The notes: generated by a model from the sequence alone, not told the origin. DNA of 32,000 bases from an uncultured bacterium (GCA_964640155.1 CAZXEQ010000004.1:60001-92000), one strand, 5' to 3'. Numbered from the stretch's first letter, positions 1 through 9,447 are shown. Translations and numbers: made by a program.

Positions 1-1226
1 GACACGCCACAACGATTATTGAAGGTTTCGCTGTTGGATATGAATCTGCCGTTTGGACTGCTGTTGTTCTTTGTGCTGCTATTTTTTCTTCTGTTTTTGT
101 CTATGCTGGAACCAATGCTATTTTTATCGCCTATGGCGTTGCTATGTGCGGTATTGGAATGTTGACTCTTACCGGCAATACTATTTCCATGGATGTTTTT
201 GGACCTGTTGCTGACAATGCCAATGGTATTGCGGAAATGGGTTTTGATAAAAAAGAAATGGGCGAAGCCAATTATAAGACTTCCAGACAAACTCTTGCAG
301 ATTTAGATGCAGTAGGGAATACCACCAAAGCTGTCACAAAGGGAGTGGCCATTGGCTCCGCAGTCATTGCCGCTGTTTCTCTTTTTGCATCTTACATCAC
401 AGTGATTGCATCTGGAGGACAAGGCGAAAATCAAATTCTTCCTATTGAGCTTTTTAATAAAATTGCTGAGCTTTTGACGCTATCTAATCCTAAACTTTTG
501 ATTGGAATGCTCATAGGTGGGGCTGTTCCATTTTTATTTTCGTCCATGCTCATTCGAGCTGTTAGCCGAGCAGCCTATCTTATTGTGAATGAATGTCGAA
601 TTCAATTTAGAGATAAAGAAATTTGGGAAGGCAAGAAAAAACCTGCCTACGGCAAAGTGGTTGCCATTTGTACCGCTTCCGCTCAAAAAGAATTAATTGG
701 TCCAGCTGCCCTTGGAGTCATGACACCTATTCTTGTTGGATTTGCGTTAGGTCCTGTCGCATTAGCAGGTTTCTTAGGTGGAGCAATTGTAGTAGGGCAA
801 TTGTTGGCTTCTTTCATGTGTAATGCGGGTGGTGCTTGGGATAATGCGAAGAAAATGGTTGAAGATGAGACACCAGATTTAGAAAAAAATACAGGCAAAG
901 GAAGCGAAAAACACAAAGCCAGCGTGACAGGCGACACTCTAGGCGATCCTCTAAAAGATACTGCTGGACCTGCCATTAATCCATTGCTTAAAGTTATGAA
1001 TATGGTTGCGGTATTAGCCGTGCCTTTGATGGTGGCTTATGATAAAAATATTGTAGAAACAGTAAAGCAGGGAGCTCAAGCAATAGGTTTTTTTATACCA
1101 GAATCTTTTGTTGCTAAAACAATCGATGTAGCTTGGATTGGGGCTGTTATCGTACCTCTGTTATTTATTATATGGGCTGTCAGAAGATCCAAAAAAGAAA
1201 TCCCAGAGCAAAATCAAGCCAGCTAA
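1..1226 (+). CDS. hppA: Membrane-bound H+-translocating pyrophosphatase, K+-independent type (5'-truncated by window edge; reading frame starts at base 3)
   Basis: The frame of the 144..1226 ORF stays open back to base 3 (HATTIIEGFAVGYESAVW...). It carries hallmark M-PPase motifs: GPVADNANGIAEM, DAVGNTTKAVTKGVAIGSA, NAGGAWDNAKK, DTLGDPLKDTAGPAINPLLKV. GNTTKAxT is the Lys/Thr signature of K+-independent enzymes. Confidence 0.9.
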   Translation, partial: HATTIIEGFAVGYESAVWTAVVLCAAIFSSVFVYAGTNAIFIAYGVAMCGIGMLTLTGNTISMDVFGPVADNANGIAEMGFDKKEMGEANYKTSRQTLADLDAVGNTTKAVTKGVAIGSAVIAAVSLFASYITVIASGGQGENQILPIELFNKIAELLTLSNPKLLIGMLIGGAVPFLFSSMLIRAVSRAAYLIVNECRIQFRDKEIWEGKKKPAYGKVVAICTASAQKELIGPAALGVMTPILVGFALGPVALAGFLGGAIVVGQLLASFMCNAGGAWDNAKKMVEDETPDLEKNTGKGSEKHKASVTGDTLGDPLKDTAGPAINPLLKVMNMVAVLAVPLMVAYDKNIVETVKQGAQAIGFFIPESFVAKTIDVAWIGAVIVPLLFIIWAVRRSKKEIPEQNQAS

Positions 1227-1283
1227 TTGGTAAAAGGTTGTTCTGTCGGTTTTTGTTTTTTTAAGTTTGAAAAACTCTTTTTC

Positions 1284-1313
1284 TTGACAGTTCAAAGGGT
1301 GATGTAGTAGTAT
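1284..1313 (+). promoter_or_regulatory. Candidate sigma-70 promoter of the pyr operon (TTGACA -35, TAGTAT -10, about 18 bp spacer)
   Basis: A perfect TTGACA lies at 1284-1289 and TAGTAT at 1308-1313. It sits upstream of the PyrR-binding hairpin. The spacer is one bp longer than optimal. Confidence 0.4.
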
Positions 1314-1326
1314 TAATCAAATTAGA

Positions 1327-1359
1327 CCTTTTAATTTGGTCCTGTGAGGCCAAAAAAGG
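1327..1359 (+). promoter_or_regulatory. PyrR-binding RNA hairpin (pyr leader binding loop)
   Basis: CCUUUUAAUUUGGUCCUGUGAGGCCAAAAAAGG folds into a lower stem (CCUUU/AAAGG), an internal bulge, an upper stem (UUUGG/CCAAA) and a loop UCCUGUGAGG. This closely resembles the conserved PyrR site core GUCCAGAGAGGC. It lies directly upstream of pyrR. Confidence 0.7.
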
Positions 1360-1365
1360 AGAGTT

Positions 1366-1497
1366 ATGAAGCAAATACATACAAGAAAAGACAGAAGCCT
1401 ATCCCTTGCAGGGAAGGCTTTTTTTATGTCTAAAATTTCTCCCATATCAACAACTTTACTTTCTCAATCCTTTGGAGAAGCTTATGGAAAAATCTAA
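1366..1497 (+). CDS. Putative 43-codon pyr leader ORF (MKQIHTRKDRSLSLAGKAFFMSKISPISTTLLSQSFGEAYGKI)
   Basis: The ATG at 1366 is preceded by AAGGAG (1356-1361) with a 4-nt spacer. The ORF reads through the terminator hairpin and stops at 1495-1497, 11 nt past the pyrR ATG and in another frame. It is too short for the ORF track. Coding status is inferred from position only. Confidence 0.3.
   Translation: MKQIHTRKDRSLSLAGKAFFMSKISPISTTLLSQSFGEAYGKI
1396..1426 (+). terminator. Intrinsic terminator / attenuator in the pyr leader
   Basis: AGCCT(A)TCCCT-tgc-AGGGAAGGCT forms a 10-bp GC-rich stem with one bulged A, followed by a run of 7 T. It lies between the PyrR hairpin and the pyrR start. Confidence 0.7.
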
Positions 1498-2020
1498 AAT
1501 TATGGACGAAGCTTCTCTCAATAGAACGGTGATGCGAATTTCGCATGAAATTGCTGAGAGAAACAAAGATTTATCCAATCTTGTCCTCATTGGGATTCAA
1601 ACTCGAGGCACCCATTTAGCTAAGCGAATTCAGGAAAATCTTTTTAAAATTGAAAACGTTAAACCTTTGCTGGGATTTTTGGATATCAGTTTATATCGAG
1701 ATGATTTAGATCAAAAGGGAGGAAATATTAAAGTTCAAGAAACACATCTTCCTTTTGATATCACGGGCAAAAATGTGATTTTGGTGGATGATGTTATTTT
1801 CTCAGGCAGAACCATTCGAGCTGCAATCGATGAGTTAATGGACTTTGGGCGACCTGAAAGGATTCAATTGGCTGTTTTGATCGATCGAGGACATAGAGAA
1901 CTTCCCATACGTCCGGATTATGCTGGCAAAAATGTACCTACTTCTTTTAAAGACGATATTCAGGTTCTTATGACTGAAGTAGACGGACGAGATGAAGTTG
2001 AAATAACAGCGAAAGGTTAG
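1484..2020 (+). CDS. pyrR: Bifunctional pyrimidine operon regulator / uracil phosphoribosyltransferase PyrR
   Basis: MEKSKIMDEASLNRTVMRISHEIAERNKD..LIGIQTRG...VILVDDVIFSGRTIRAA (PRPP-binding loop)...DRGHRELPIRPDY. I chose the start at ATG 1484 (GGAGAAG SD at 1474-1480) rather than the track's 1406, which lies inside the terminator. Confidence 0.9.
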   Translation: MEKSKIMDEASLNRTVMRISHEIAERNKDLSNLVLIGIQTRGTHLAKRIQENLFKIENVKPLLGFLDISLYRDDLDQKGGNIKVQETHLPFDITGKNVILVDDVIFSGRTIRAAIDELMDFGRPERIQLAVLIDRGHRELPIRPDYAGKNVPTSFKDDIQVLMTEVDGRDEVEITAKG

Positions 2021-2027
2021 TGATTTT

Positions 2028-2954
2028 ATGCAATGGTCACGAAAACATCTTTTAGGGCTTGAAGAGTTAAGTCGAGAAGAAATTGAATTCGTTCTTCAAA
2101 CGGCCCAGTCTTTTAAAGATATTTCAGATCGACCTATTAAGAAAGTCCCAGCACTTAGAGGTAAAACCATCGCCACTGTATTTTATGAACCCAGCACACG
2201 CACACGAACCTCTTTTGAATTAGCAGCAAAAAGACTCAGTGCCGACACCTTGAATATAACAATCGCATCCAGCAGTGTTGTTAAAGGGGAGTCTATTAAA
2301 GATACTGTTCGAAATTTAGAGGCATTGAAAATTGAGTGCATGATTGTGCGCCATGAATGTTCAGGTGTTCCTCATTTAATTTCAAGATATGTCAAAGGCT
2401 CTGTCATTAATGCAGGAGATGGTTCTCATGAACATCCGACTCAAGCCCTCATCGATCTTTTCACCATTCAAGAGAAACATAAAAAATTTGAAGGACTTCA
2501 TGCCGTAATCGTAGGAGATATTTTGCACAGCCGCGTGGCGCGTTCTAATATTTTTGCAATGACCAAACTTGGAATGAGAGTAAGTGTCGTGGGGCCTAAA
2601 ACGCTTATCCCGCAAGGAGTGGAACGTCTGGGCGTGCAGGTCTGTGATAATTTAGATACTGTTATTCCTCAAGCAGATATTCTCATGTTTCTGCGAATTC
2701 AAATGGAAAGACAAAAGAAAAACCTTTTTCCATCCTTACGAGAATATTCTGAGCTTTACGGAATGAGTGATCGACGCATGGAGCGCACTAAACCTGAAGT
2801 GATGATCATGCATCCAGGGCCTATTAATAGAGGTATAGAACTTTCAGGTAATGTCGCAGATGGACCGAATTCAGTCATTTTAGATCAGGTAACCAATGGA
2901 CTTGCTGTTCGAATGGCAGTTCTCTTTCTTGTCGGGGGAGGATCACTAGAATGA
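2028..2954 (+). CDS. pyrB: Aspartate carbamoyltransferase catalytic subunit
   Basis: Contains the STRTR carbamoyl-phosphate motif, HEHPTQAL and HPGPINRG. Its position in the pyr operon fits. Confidence 0.93.
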   Translation: MQWSRKHLLGLEELSREEIEFVLQTAQSFKDISDRPIKKVPALRGKTIATVFYEPSTRTRTSFELAAKRLSADTLNITIASSSVVKGESIKDTVRNLEALKIECMIVRHECSGVPHLISRYVKGSVINAGDGSHEHPTQALIDLFTIQEKHKKFEGLHAVIVGDILHSRVARSNIFAMTKLGMRVSVVGPKTLIPQGVERLGVQVCDNLDTVIPQADILMFLRIQMERQKKNLFPSLREYSELYGMSDRRMERTKPEVMIMHPGPINRGIELSGNVADGPNSVILDQVTNGLAVRMAVLFLVGGGSLE

Positions 2955-4240
2955 GTTCCTTACTAATACAAAATGGTCGCGTGGTGGATCCTTCTCAAAA
3001 TTTAGATACTGTTTGCGATATCTTGATTGAAAATGGAGTTATTTCAAAAATAGGAAATAAAATTTCAGATAAAGCAGATAAGATTTTTGATGCAAAAAAT
3101 AAAGTTGTGGCGCCTGGGTTTATCGATATTCATGTGCATTTTCGTGAGCCAGGATTCGAGGGAAAAGAAACCATTTTGACAGGAATGAGATCCGCGGCCA
3201 AGGGTGGTTTCACAGGAGTTTGCTGTATGCCTAATACAAACCCTGCGTTAGATGAACCCGGAACCATTGGATTTGTATTATCAAAAGCCAAAGAGGGAAA
3301 TCTGATTCGTGTTTATCCAATTGGAGCCGCTACAAAAAATAGAGAAGGAAAAGTGATGACGGAAATCGGTCATCTTAAAAAAGCAGGAATCGTTGCCATC
3401 AGTGATGATGGAGAACCTATTTATGATGCCTACATGATGCGACGCGTGATGGAATATGCGCATATGTTTAATCTGATTGTGATTGATCATTGCGAAGACA
3501 AACTCCTTTCTCAAGAAGGCGTCATGAATGAAGGATATGCTTCGACTTTGTTTGGTTTGAAAGGGATTCCTGCTAGTTCCGAAAATGTGATGGTCGCAAG
3601 AAACATTATGTTGAGTCAGTCCACAGGCATTCCAGTACATCTTGCTCATATTAGCACTAAAGAATCTGTTGAATTGATCCGATGGGGAAAATCCAAGGGA
3701 ATTGCTGTCACAGCTGAAACAGCTCCACATTATTTTGCACTTGCTGATGAAGATATGATTCAGTATCACACGGAGTTTAAAATGAACCCTCCATTAAGAT
3801 CTCGAGATGATGTAGAGGCCATTCGACAAGGCTTAAAAGATGGGACCATCGATTGCATTGCAACCGATCATGCTCCTCATCAGGAGATTGAAAAAGAGGT
3901 AGAATTTGATATCGCACCTTTTGGAATTATTGGACTAGAAACTTCAGTATCACTTGGTTTAGAATTCCTTGTTTCTAAGGGAATTCTTTCGCTATCGGAA
4001 TGGATAAAAAAAATGTCTATGAACCCAGCTCGAATTCTTAATTTGCCGGGCGGGAATTTAAAAGTAGGTTCTGTCGGCGATGTAACCATACTAAATCTTG
4101 AGGGAGCTAGCACGGTAGGAGAAAAACCTTTTGAATCTAAAAGCAAAAACTCTCCCTTTAAAGGATGGAAACTAAAGGGGATACCTACAGCAACCATTGT
4201 AGGTGGACATGTTGTGATGGAAAATGGAGAAATCAAATGA
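2951..4240 (+). CDS. pyrC: Dihydroorotase
   Basis: Contains the GFIDIHVHFREPG metal-binding motif and ATDHAPH. It overlaps the pyrB stop by 4 nt (ATGA). Confidence 0.93.
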   Translation: MSSLLIQNGRVVDPSQNLDTVCDILIENGVISKIGNKISDKADKIFDAKNKVVAPGFIDIHVHFREPGFEGKETILTGMRSAAKGGFTGVCCMPNTNPALDEPGTIGFVLSKAKEGNLIRVYPIGAATKNREGKVMTEIGHLKKAGIVAISDDGEPIYDAYMMRRVMEYAHMFNLIVIDHCEDKLLSQEGVMNEGYASTLFGLKGIPASSENVMVARNIMLSQSTGIPVHLAHISTKESVELIRWGKSKGIAVTAETAPHYFALADEDMIQYHTEFKMNPPLRSRDDVEAIRQGLKDGTIDCIATDHAPHQEIEKEVEFDIAPFGIIGLETSVSLGLEFLVSKGILSLSEWIKKMSMNPARILNLPGGNLKVGSVGDVTILNLEGASTVGEKPFESKSKNSPFKGWKLKGIPTATIVGGHVVMENGEIK

Positions 4241-4241
4241 T

Positions 4242-4393
4242 CCCAACCACCTCTTGCATGCCCATAAGGGCCTGCTTTGTGCGAGGGACAAAGAATAAAA
4301 ATTTTATAAATGTTGAAATCATAAGAAAAGACAAATTGATAACTATAAAAAACAAAGCATGTCATGCTTGTGCATGATGCAGGAGGTGGTGGG
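4242..4393 (+). promoter_or_regulatory. Long-range inverted repeat predicted to sequester the carA Shine-Dalgarno sequence
   Basis: CCCAACCACCTCTTGCATGC (4242-4261, starting 2 nt after the pyrC stop) is complementary to GCATGATGCAGGAGGTGGTGGG (4372-4393, ending at the base before the carA ATG). I count 17 consecutive pairs with one bulged A and one G-U. The helix covers AGGAGG at 4381-4386. Confidence 0.45.
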
Positions 4394-5485
4394 ATGAGCA
4401 AAGCAACTTTAGTTTTAGAAGATGGAACAAGTTTTGAAGGCAAAGCCTTTGGTGCTGAGGGAGAAAAAATTGCTGAAATTGTTTTTAATACGAGTATGAC
4501 CGGTTATCAAGAAATACTCACAGATCCTTCCTACAAAGGTCAAGCAGTGACTATGACCTATCCATTGATTGGAAACTATGGAGTCAATGAAGACGATATA
4601 GAATCTGGAGCGCCGCAAGTGGAAGGATTTATTTTGAGGGAACTTTGCAACATCCCCAGTAATTGGAGATCCACTGAAACATTAGAAAATTATTTAAAAA
4701 AGAACGGCGTCATTGGCATCACCGATATCGATACGCGTGCTCTCACAAGAATTTTGCGCACACGTGGAGCCATGATGGGAATTATCTCCACAACAGAGCA
4801 TGATGTGAAAATTTTACATAAAAAAGTAACATCAGCACCTGGAATGACAGGAAAGGATCTTGCGAAAGTTGTTACCACCAACAAAGCCTATGAATGGAAC
4901 AAACAAGGGCAACATAAGGTTGTCGCCATTGATTTCGGAATTAAACGCAATATTCTTCATTGTCTTGAAGCAACAGGTTGTCAAGTTACGGTGTTACCAG
5001 CAACAGCGTCAGCGGAAGATATTCTTAAGACAAAACCCGACGGCATTTTTTTATCAAATGGACCCGGAGATCCTGCAGCTGTTACATATGGTATAGACAC
5101 GGTAAAAAAACTTTTAGGCAAAGCTCCTATTTTCGGAATTTGTCTGGGGCATCAAATTTTGGGCCTGGCTTATGGAGGAAAAACCTATAAGATGAAATTT
5201 GGCCACCGAGGAGCGAATCAACCTGTTATGGATTTAGCGACAAGAAAAGTAGCTATTACTTCACAAAATCACGGGTTTGCTGTAGACCAAGGTTCAATGA
5301 ATCCTGAAGAAGTTGAAATCACACATATAAATTTAAACGATAAAACTGTCGAGGGAATGAAGCATAAAAAATTACCTGTATTTTCTGTTCAATATCATCC
5401 CGAAGCAAGTCCGGGTCCCCATGATTCACTTTATTTGTTTGATCAATTCAGAGATTTGATGAATGAATGGAAACAGAAAAAATAA
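4394..5485 (+). CDS. carA: Carbamoyl-phosphate synthase small (glutaminase) subunit
   Basis: MSKATLVLEDGTSFEGKAFGA is a typical CarA N-terminus. GICLGHQ is the catalytic Cys motif, and HPEASPGPHD is present. I chose the start at ATG 4394 behind AGGAGG rather than the track's 4364. Confidence 0.93.
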   Translation: MSKATLVLEDGTSFEGKAFGAEGEKIAEIVFNTSMTGYQEILTDPSYKGQAVTMTYPLIGNYGVNEDDIESGAPQVEGFILRELCNIPSNWRSTETLENYLKKNGVIGITDIDTRALTRILRTRGAMMGIISTTEHDVKILHKKVTSAPGMTGKDLAKVVTTNKAYEWNKQGQHKVVAIDFGIKRNILHCLEATGCQVTVLPATASAEDILKTKPDGIFLSNGPGDPAAVTYGIDTVKKLLGKAPIFGICLGHQILGLAYGGKTYKMKFGHRGANQPVMDLATRKVAITSQNHGFAVDQGSMNPEEVEITHINLNDKTVEGMKHKKLPVFSVQYHPEASPGPHDSLYLFDQFRDLMNEWKQKK

Positions 5486-5495
5486 ATGGATCATC

Positions 5496-6188
5496 ATGCG
5501 TAACCCTAAAGATATTTTTAAAATATATCAATTACTCTATCGCAAACTGGGACCTCAATATTGGTGGCCCGGAGAATCTGATTTTGAAATGATGGTAGGA
5601 GCTATTTTAACTCAAAATACGGCTTGGACAAATGTTGAAAAGGCTATTCAAAATCTAAAGAAAGCATCTAGCTTGTCTATTCAAAAAATAAATGAACTGA
5701 GTTCACAACTTTTAGAAAATCTTATTCATCCTTCAGGATATTTCAGTGTAAAGGCCAAACGACTCAAATCACTTACTAAATGGCTGATACAAACATGTCA
5801 GGGACAAATCAAAAAACTAAAAAAAGTATCTTCACCCGTATTAAGAGCTAATCTGCTCAATGTTCATGGGGTGGGCCCAGAAACAGCCGACAGTATTTTG
5901 CTTTATGCTCTTGGGAAAACAACATTCGTCGTCGATACCTATACTAAAAGAATTTTCTCAAGACATGGTTTTTTTGCTGAGAAAGCAGAATATCATCATG
6001 TCAAAAAAATATTTGAGACAGCACTGCCTCGAAGTTCCAAAATTTGCAATGAATTCCATGCTCTTATCGTGAAGATTGGAAAAGAATTCTGCAGAAAGAA
6101 GCCTCTTTGCTCAATTTGTCCTCTTGAAAATGACTTACTAAAGTACGCAAACTCAAAAATTAATATCATGGAAAAACTTTATGCCTAA
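5496..6188 (+). CDS. HhH-GPD superfamily DNA glycosylase-like protein (endonuclease III-related)
   Basis: Contains AILTQNTAW, the helix-hairpin-helix [20 protein letters not shown], the Asp motif VVDTYTKR and a C-terminal Cys cluster [11 protein letters not shown]. The alternative start at 5463 would overlap carA by 23 nt. The stop overlaps the carB ATG by 8 nt. Confidence 0.75.
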   Translation: MRNPKDIFKIYQLLYRKLGPQYWWPGESDFEMMVGAILTQNTAWTNVEKAIQNLKKASSLSIQKINELSSQLLENLIHPSGYFSVKAKRLKSLTKWLIQTCQGQIKKLKKVSSPVLRANLLNVHGVGPETADSILLYALGKTTFVVDTYTKRIFSRHGFFAEKAEYHHVKKIFETALPRSSKICNEFHALIVKIGKEFCRKKPLCSICPLENDLLKYANSKINIMEKLYA

Positions 6189-9100
6189 AAGAACAGACAT
6201 TCGTAAAATCCTCATTATTGGTAGTGGTCCTATTGTCATTGGACAAGGCTGCGAATTTGATTATTCTGGAACTCAAGCTTGTAAGGCCTTGCGAGAGGAT
6301 GGTTTTGAAATTGTTTTGATCAATTCTAACCCTGCTACCATTATGACTGATCCAGAGCTTGCAGATAGAACTTACATTGAACCTATTTTGCCAGAAGTCG
6401 TAGAAAAAATTATTGCTAAAGAGCGTCCTGATGCACTTCTTCCAACTTTAGGAGGACAAACAGCCTTAAACGTCTCTGTTGCTCTAGCTGAAAGCGGTGT
6501 TCTAAAAAAATACAATGTCGAAATGATTGGCGCAAATGTTGAAGCCATCAAAAAAGCAGAAGATCGCGAGCTTTTTAAGAAAGCGATGATTAAGATAGGC
6601 ATTGCAGTTCCCAAATCTGGATTTGCTAGAAGTATGGACGAGGCTAGAAAAGTAGCCGCAGAAATTGGATCTTTTCCTTTGATTATTCGTCCCAGTTTCA
6701 CATTAGGCGGAAGCGGAGGAGGTATTGGCTATAACATTGAAGAGTTTGAAACCATTGCAGCTCGAGGAATTGAGTACAGCCCTATTTCAGAAGTTCTTAT
6801 TGAAGAGTCTGTGATTGGATGGAAAGAATTTGAACTCGAAGTCATGAGAGATAAAAATGACAATGTCGTGATCATTTGTTCTATTGAAAATTTTGATCCG
6901 ATGGGAGTTCATACTGGAGATAGCATTACCGTAGCCCCTATTCAAACACTCACTGATAAAGAATATCAAAAAATGCGAAATGCGGCGATTCGCATCATTC
7001 GAGAAATTGGAGTGGAAACAGGAGGTTCTAATATTCAATTTGGAACTCATCCTAAAACGGGTGAAATGGTTGCCATTGAAATGAATCCTCGTGTGTCGAG
7101 AAGTTCCGCTTTAGCGTCAAAAGCGACGGGGTTTCCTATTGCTAAAATTGCCGCCAAGCTGGCTGTCGGTTATACGCTCGATGAAATTTCTAATGATATT
7201 ACCCGTGAAACACCTGCTTGTTTTGAGCCGACCATTGATTATTGCGTTGTTAAAATTCCCAGATTTGCTTTTGAAAAATTTAGAGGATCTGATCCTACGC
7301 TTACCACACAAATGAAGTCGGTGGGCGAAGTGATGAGCATTGGAAGAACCTTCAAAGAATCTCTTCAAAAAGCATTACGTTCTTTGGAAACAGGGAGAAA
7401 AGGTTTTGGATTTGATGGGAAGGACAAAGAATATACTGTTGAAGAAATTAGGAAGGGATTAATTATCCCCAATGCGAATCGAATCTTTTTCATTAAAGCT
7501 GCTTTTGACAAAGGTATGAGTATTGAAGAAATTTACGACATGTCAAAAATTGATCCCTGGTTTCTCACGCAAATGAAAGACATGAATGTATTTGGTCAAA
7601 AATTAGTGGCTGCAGCTCAAAAGGGTCAATCTCTTACACAACTTAGCAAAGAAGAACTTTTTAATATCAAAAAGCAGGGTTTTTCCGATGCCCAATTAGC
7701 CACCATTTACAAAACAGATGAAATCAAAGTTCGTCAGTATCGTGAATCGCTTAAGCTAAAACCTGCCTACAAATCAGTCGACACATGTGCGGCAGAATTT
7801 GAAGCTTACACCCCTTATTACTACTCTACTTATGAACATGAGGATGAAACTCAATCTGTTAAGAAGAAGAAAAGAATTATGATTTTGGGTGGAGGCCCTA
7901 ATCGTATTGGACAAGGAATTGAATTTGACTATTGCTGTGTACATGCAGCTTTCGCATTAAGAGAAGAAGGTTACGAAACGATTATGGTCAATTCAAATCC
8001 GGAAACAGTCAGTACGGATTATGATACTTCTGACAAACTTTATTTTGAACCTTTAACGCTTGAAGATGTCTTGAGTATTTATCAAAAAGAAAATTGCGAC
8101 GGCGTGATTGTCCAATTTGGAGGTCAAACTCCATTGAATTTAGCTTGGGGGCTTCATCGTGCAGGAGCTAAGATCATTGGCACTTCACCCGAAAGCATTG
8201 ATATTGCTGAAGATAGAAAACTCTTTAAAGAATTAATTGAGCGTTTAGGCCTTTTACAACCTCACAGCGGAACAGCCGTTAGCATTGAAGAAGCAATTAA
8301 AATTGCAAATGAAATTGGCTATCCTGTCCTAGTTCGTCCTTCCTACGTTTTGGGTGGAAGAGCCATGGAGCTTGTTTATGATGAGAGTTCTCTGAAAGAT
8401 TATATGTATCGAGCCGTGGAAGCCTCACCAGAACGTCCTATCTTAGTGGATAAGTTTTTAGATGATGCTATCGAAGTTGATGTCGATGCCATCTCAGACG
8501 GGCAAGACGTGGTCGTGGGAGCCATCATGGAGCATATTGAGGAAGCTGGAATTCATTCAGGAGATAGTGCTTGTGTTATTCCTCCATTCTCATTATCTAA
8601 CGAACTGATTGACGAAATCCGAACCATTACCCATAAACTTGCAAAAGCCTTAAATGTCATAGGGTTAATGAATATTCAATATGCCATTAAAAACGACACG
8701 GTCTATATATTGGAAGTTAATCCGAGAGCATCTAGAACGGTTCCTTTTGTAAGTAAAGCCATCGGGGTTCCACTTGCAAAACTCGCAACAAAAGTGATGG
8801 TGGGACAAAAATTAGACCATCTTGAATTTTTACAGGAAGTAAAGGTCTCTCATTTTTGTGTCAAAGAAGCTGTTTTGCCCTTTGCCCGTTTTCCTGGAGT
8901 AGATGTTCTTCTTGGCCCTGAGATGAAATCGACGGGAGAAGTGATGGGAATTGACAGTGATTTTGGTAGTGCCTATGCCAAAGCTCAATTGGCAGCCAAC
9001 CAAAAACTTCCCCTTAAAGGAAATGTATTTATCAGCGTTAAAAATCAAGATAAGAGAGATGTGGTTCATATTTCAAAACGGTTAGCAGACTTAGGATTTC

Positions 9101-9447
9101 AAATTGTAGCCACATCAGGAACCGCTAAAATCCTCAAGAATAATGGCATTCCCGTCCGAGAACTATTTAAAGTTCAAGAAGGCCGTCCGAATGTTTTGGA
9201 TCTTATTAAAAACAATGAAATTCATCTTGTCATTAACACTCCAAAGGGGAGGGGCTCTCGAGAAGATGAAAAAAGAATTCGCACCACAGCCACTGTGCAT
9301 AACATCCCTATTATCACAACGCTTCAAGGAGCTTCGGCTGCTGCAAATGCAATTGAATCCCTTGTCAAAAAAGGGATTTCTGTTAAGTCCATTCAAGAAT
9401 TCCAGGAAGATCTTCTAGCGGTTGAAACGGGTAAAAAGGGGCTATGA
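6181..9447 (+). CDS. carB: Carbamoyl-phosphate synthase large subunit
   Basis: 1088 aa with duplicated ATP-grasp halves ([21 protein letters not shown] and [20 protein letters not shown]) and a C-terminal MGS-like domain. Confidence 0.96.
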   Translation: MPKRTDIRKILIIGSGPIVIGQGCEFDYSGTQACKALREDGFEIVLINSNPATIMTDPELADRTYIEPILPEVVEKIIAKERPDALLPTLGGQTALNVSVALAESGVLKKYNVEMIGANVEAIKKAEDRELFKKAMIKIGIAVPKSGFARSMDEARKVAAEIGSFPLIIRPSFTLGGSGGGIGYNIEEFETIAARGIEYSPISEVLIEESVIGWKEFELEVMRDKNDNVVIICSIENFDPMGVHTGDSITVAPIQTLTDKEYQKMRNAAIRIIREIGVETGGSNIQFGTHPKTGEMVAIEMNPRVSRSSALASKATGFPIAKIAAKLAVGYTLDEISNDITRETPACFEPTIDYCVVKIPRFAFEKFRGSDPTLTTQMKSVGEVMSIGRTFKESLQKALRSLETGRKGFGFDGKDKEYTVEEIRKGLIIPNANRIFFIKAAFDKGMSIEEIYDMSKIDPWFLTQMKDMNVFGQKLVAAAQKGQSLTQLSKEELFNIKKQGFSDAQLATIYKTDEIKVRQYRESLKLKPAYKSVDTCAAEFEAYTPYYYSTYEHEDETQSVKKKKRIMILGGGPNRIGQGIEFDYCCVHAAFALREEGYETIMVNSNPETVSTDYDTSDKLYFEPLTLEDVLSIYQKENCDGVIVQFGGQTPLNLAWGLHRAGAKIIGTSPESIDIAEDRKLFKELIERLGLLQPHSGTAVSIEEAIKIANEIGYPVLVRPSYVLGGRAMELVYDESSLKDYMYRAVEASPERPILVDKFLDDAIEVDVDAISDGQDVVVGAIMEHIEEAGIHSGDSACVIPPFSLSNELIDEIRTITHKLAKALNVIGLMNIQYAIKNDTVYILEVNPRASRTVPFVSKAIGVPLAKLATKVMVGQKLDHLEFLQEVKVSHFCVKEAVLPFARFPGVDVLLGPEMKSTGEVMGIDSDFGSAYAKAQLAANQKLPLKGNVFISVKNQDKRDVVHISKRLADLGFQIVATSGTAKILKNNGIPVRELFKVQEGRPNVLDLIKNNEIHLVINTPKGRGSREDEKRIRTTATVHNIPIITTLQGASAAANAIESLVKKGISVKSIQEFQEDLLAVETGKKGL

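Noticed and set aside
1227-1262. A possible intrinsic terminator after hppA, suggested by the T-rich run CGGTTTTTGTTTTTTT.
   Set aside because: I could not find a convincing GC-rich stem immediately upstream of the T-run, so I did not call it.
1406-1483. The N-terminal extension of pyrR suggested by the track (MQGRLFLCLKFLPYQQLYFLNPLEKL...).
   Set aside because: The extension starts inside the terminator stem and T-run and has no PyrR homology. ATG 1484 has an SD and gives the canonical PyrR N-terminus.
4165-4377. A 70-aa ORF, and the nested 39-codon ORF from ATG 4258, spanning the pyrC-carA spacer.
   Set aside because: The long version starts inside pyrC in another frame. The short version has no SD and I see no conservation signal. 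The spacer is better explained as structured RNA, although translation of the short ORF cannot be excluded.
4242-4393. Interpreting the 20-bp terminal inverted repeats with an AT-rich interior as a MITE-like mobile element.
   Set aside because: There are no flanking target-site duplications. No second copy exists in the 32 kb. The right arm is the functional carA SD and abuts the start codon exactly, which fits a regulatory helix better. A genome-wide copy search would settle it.
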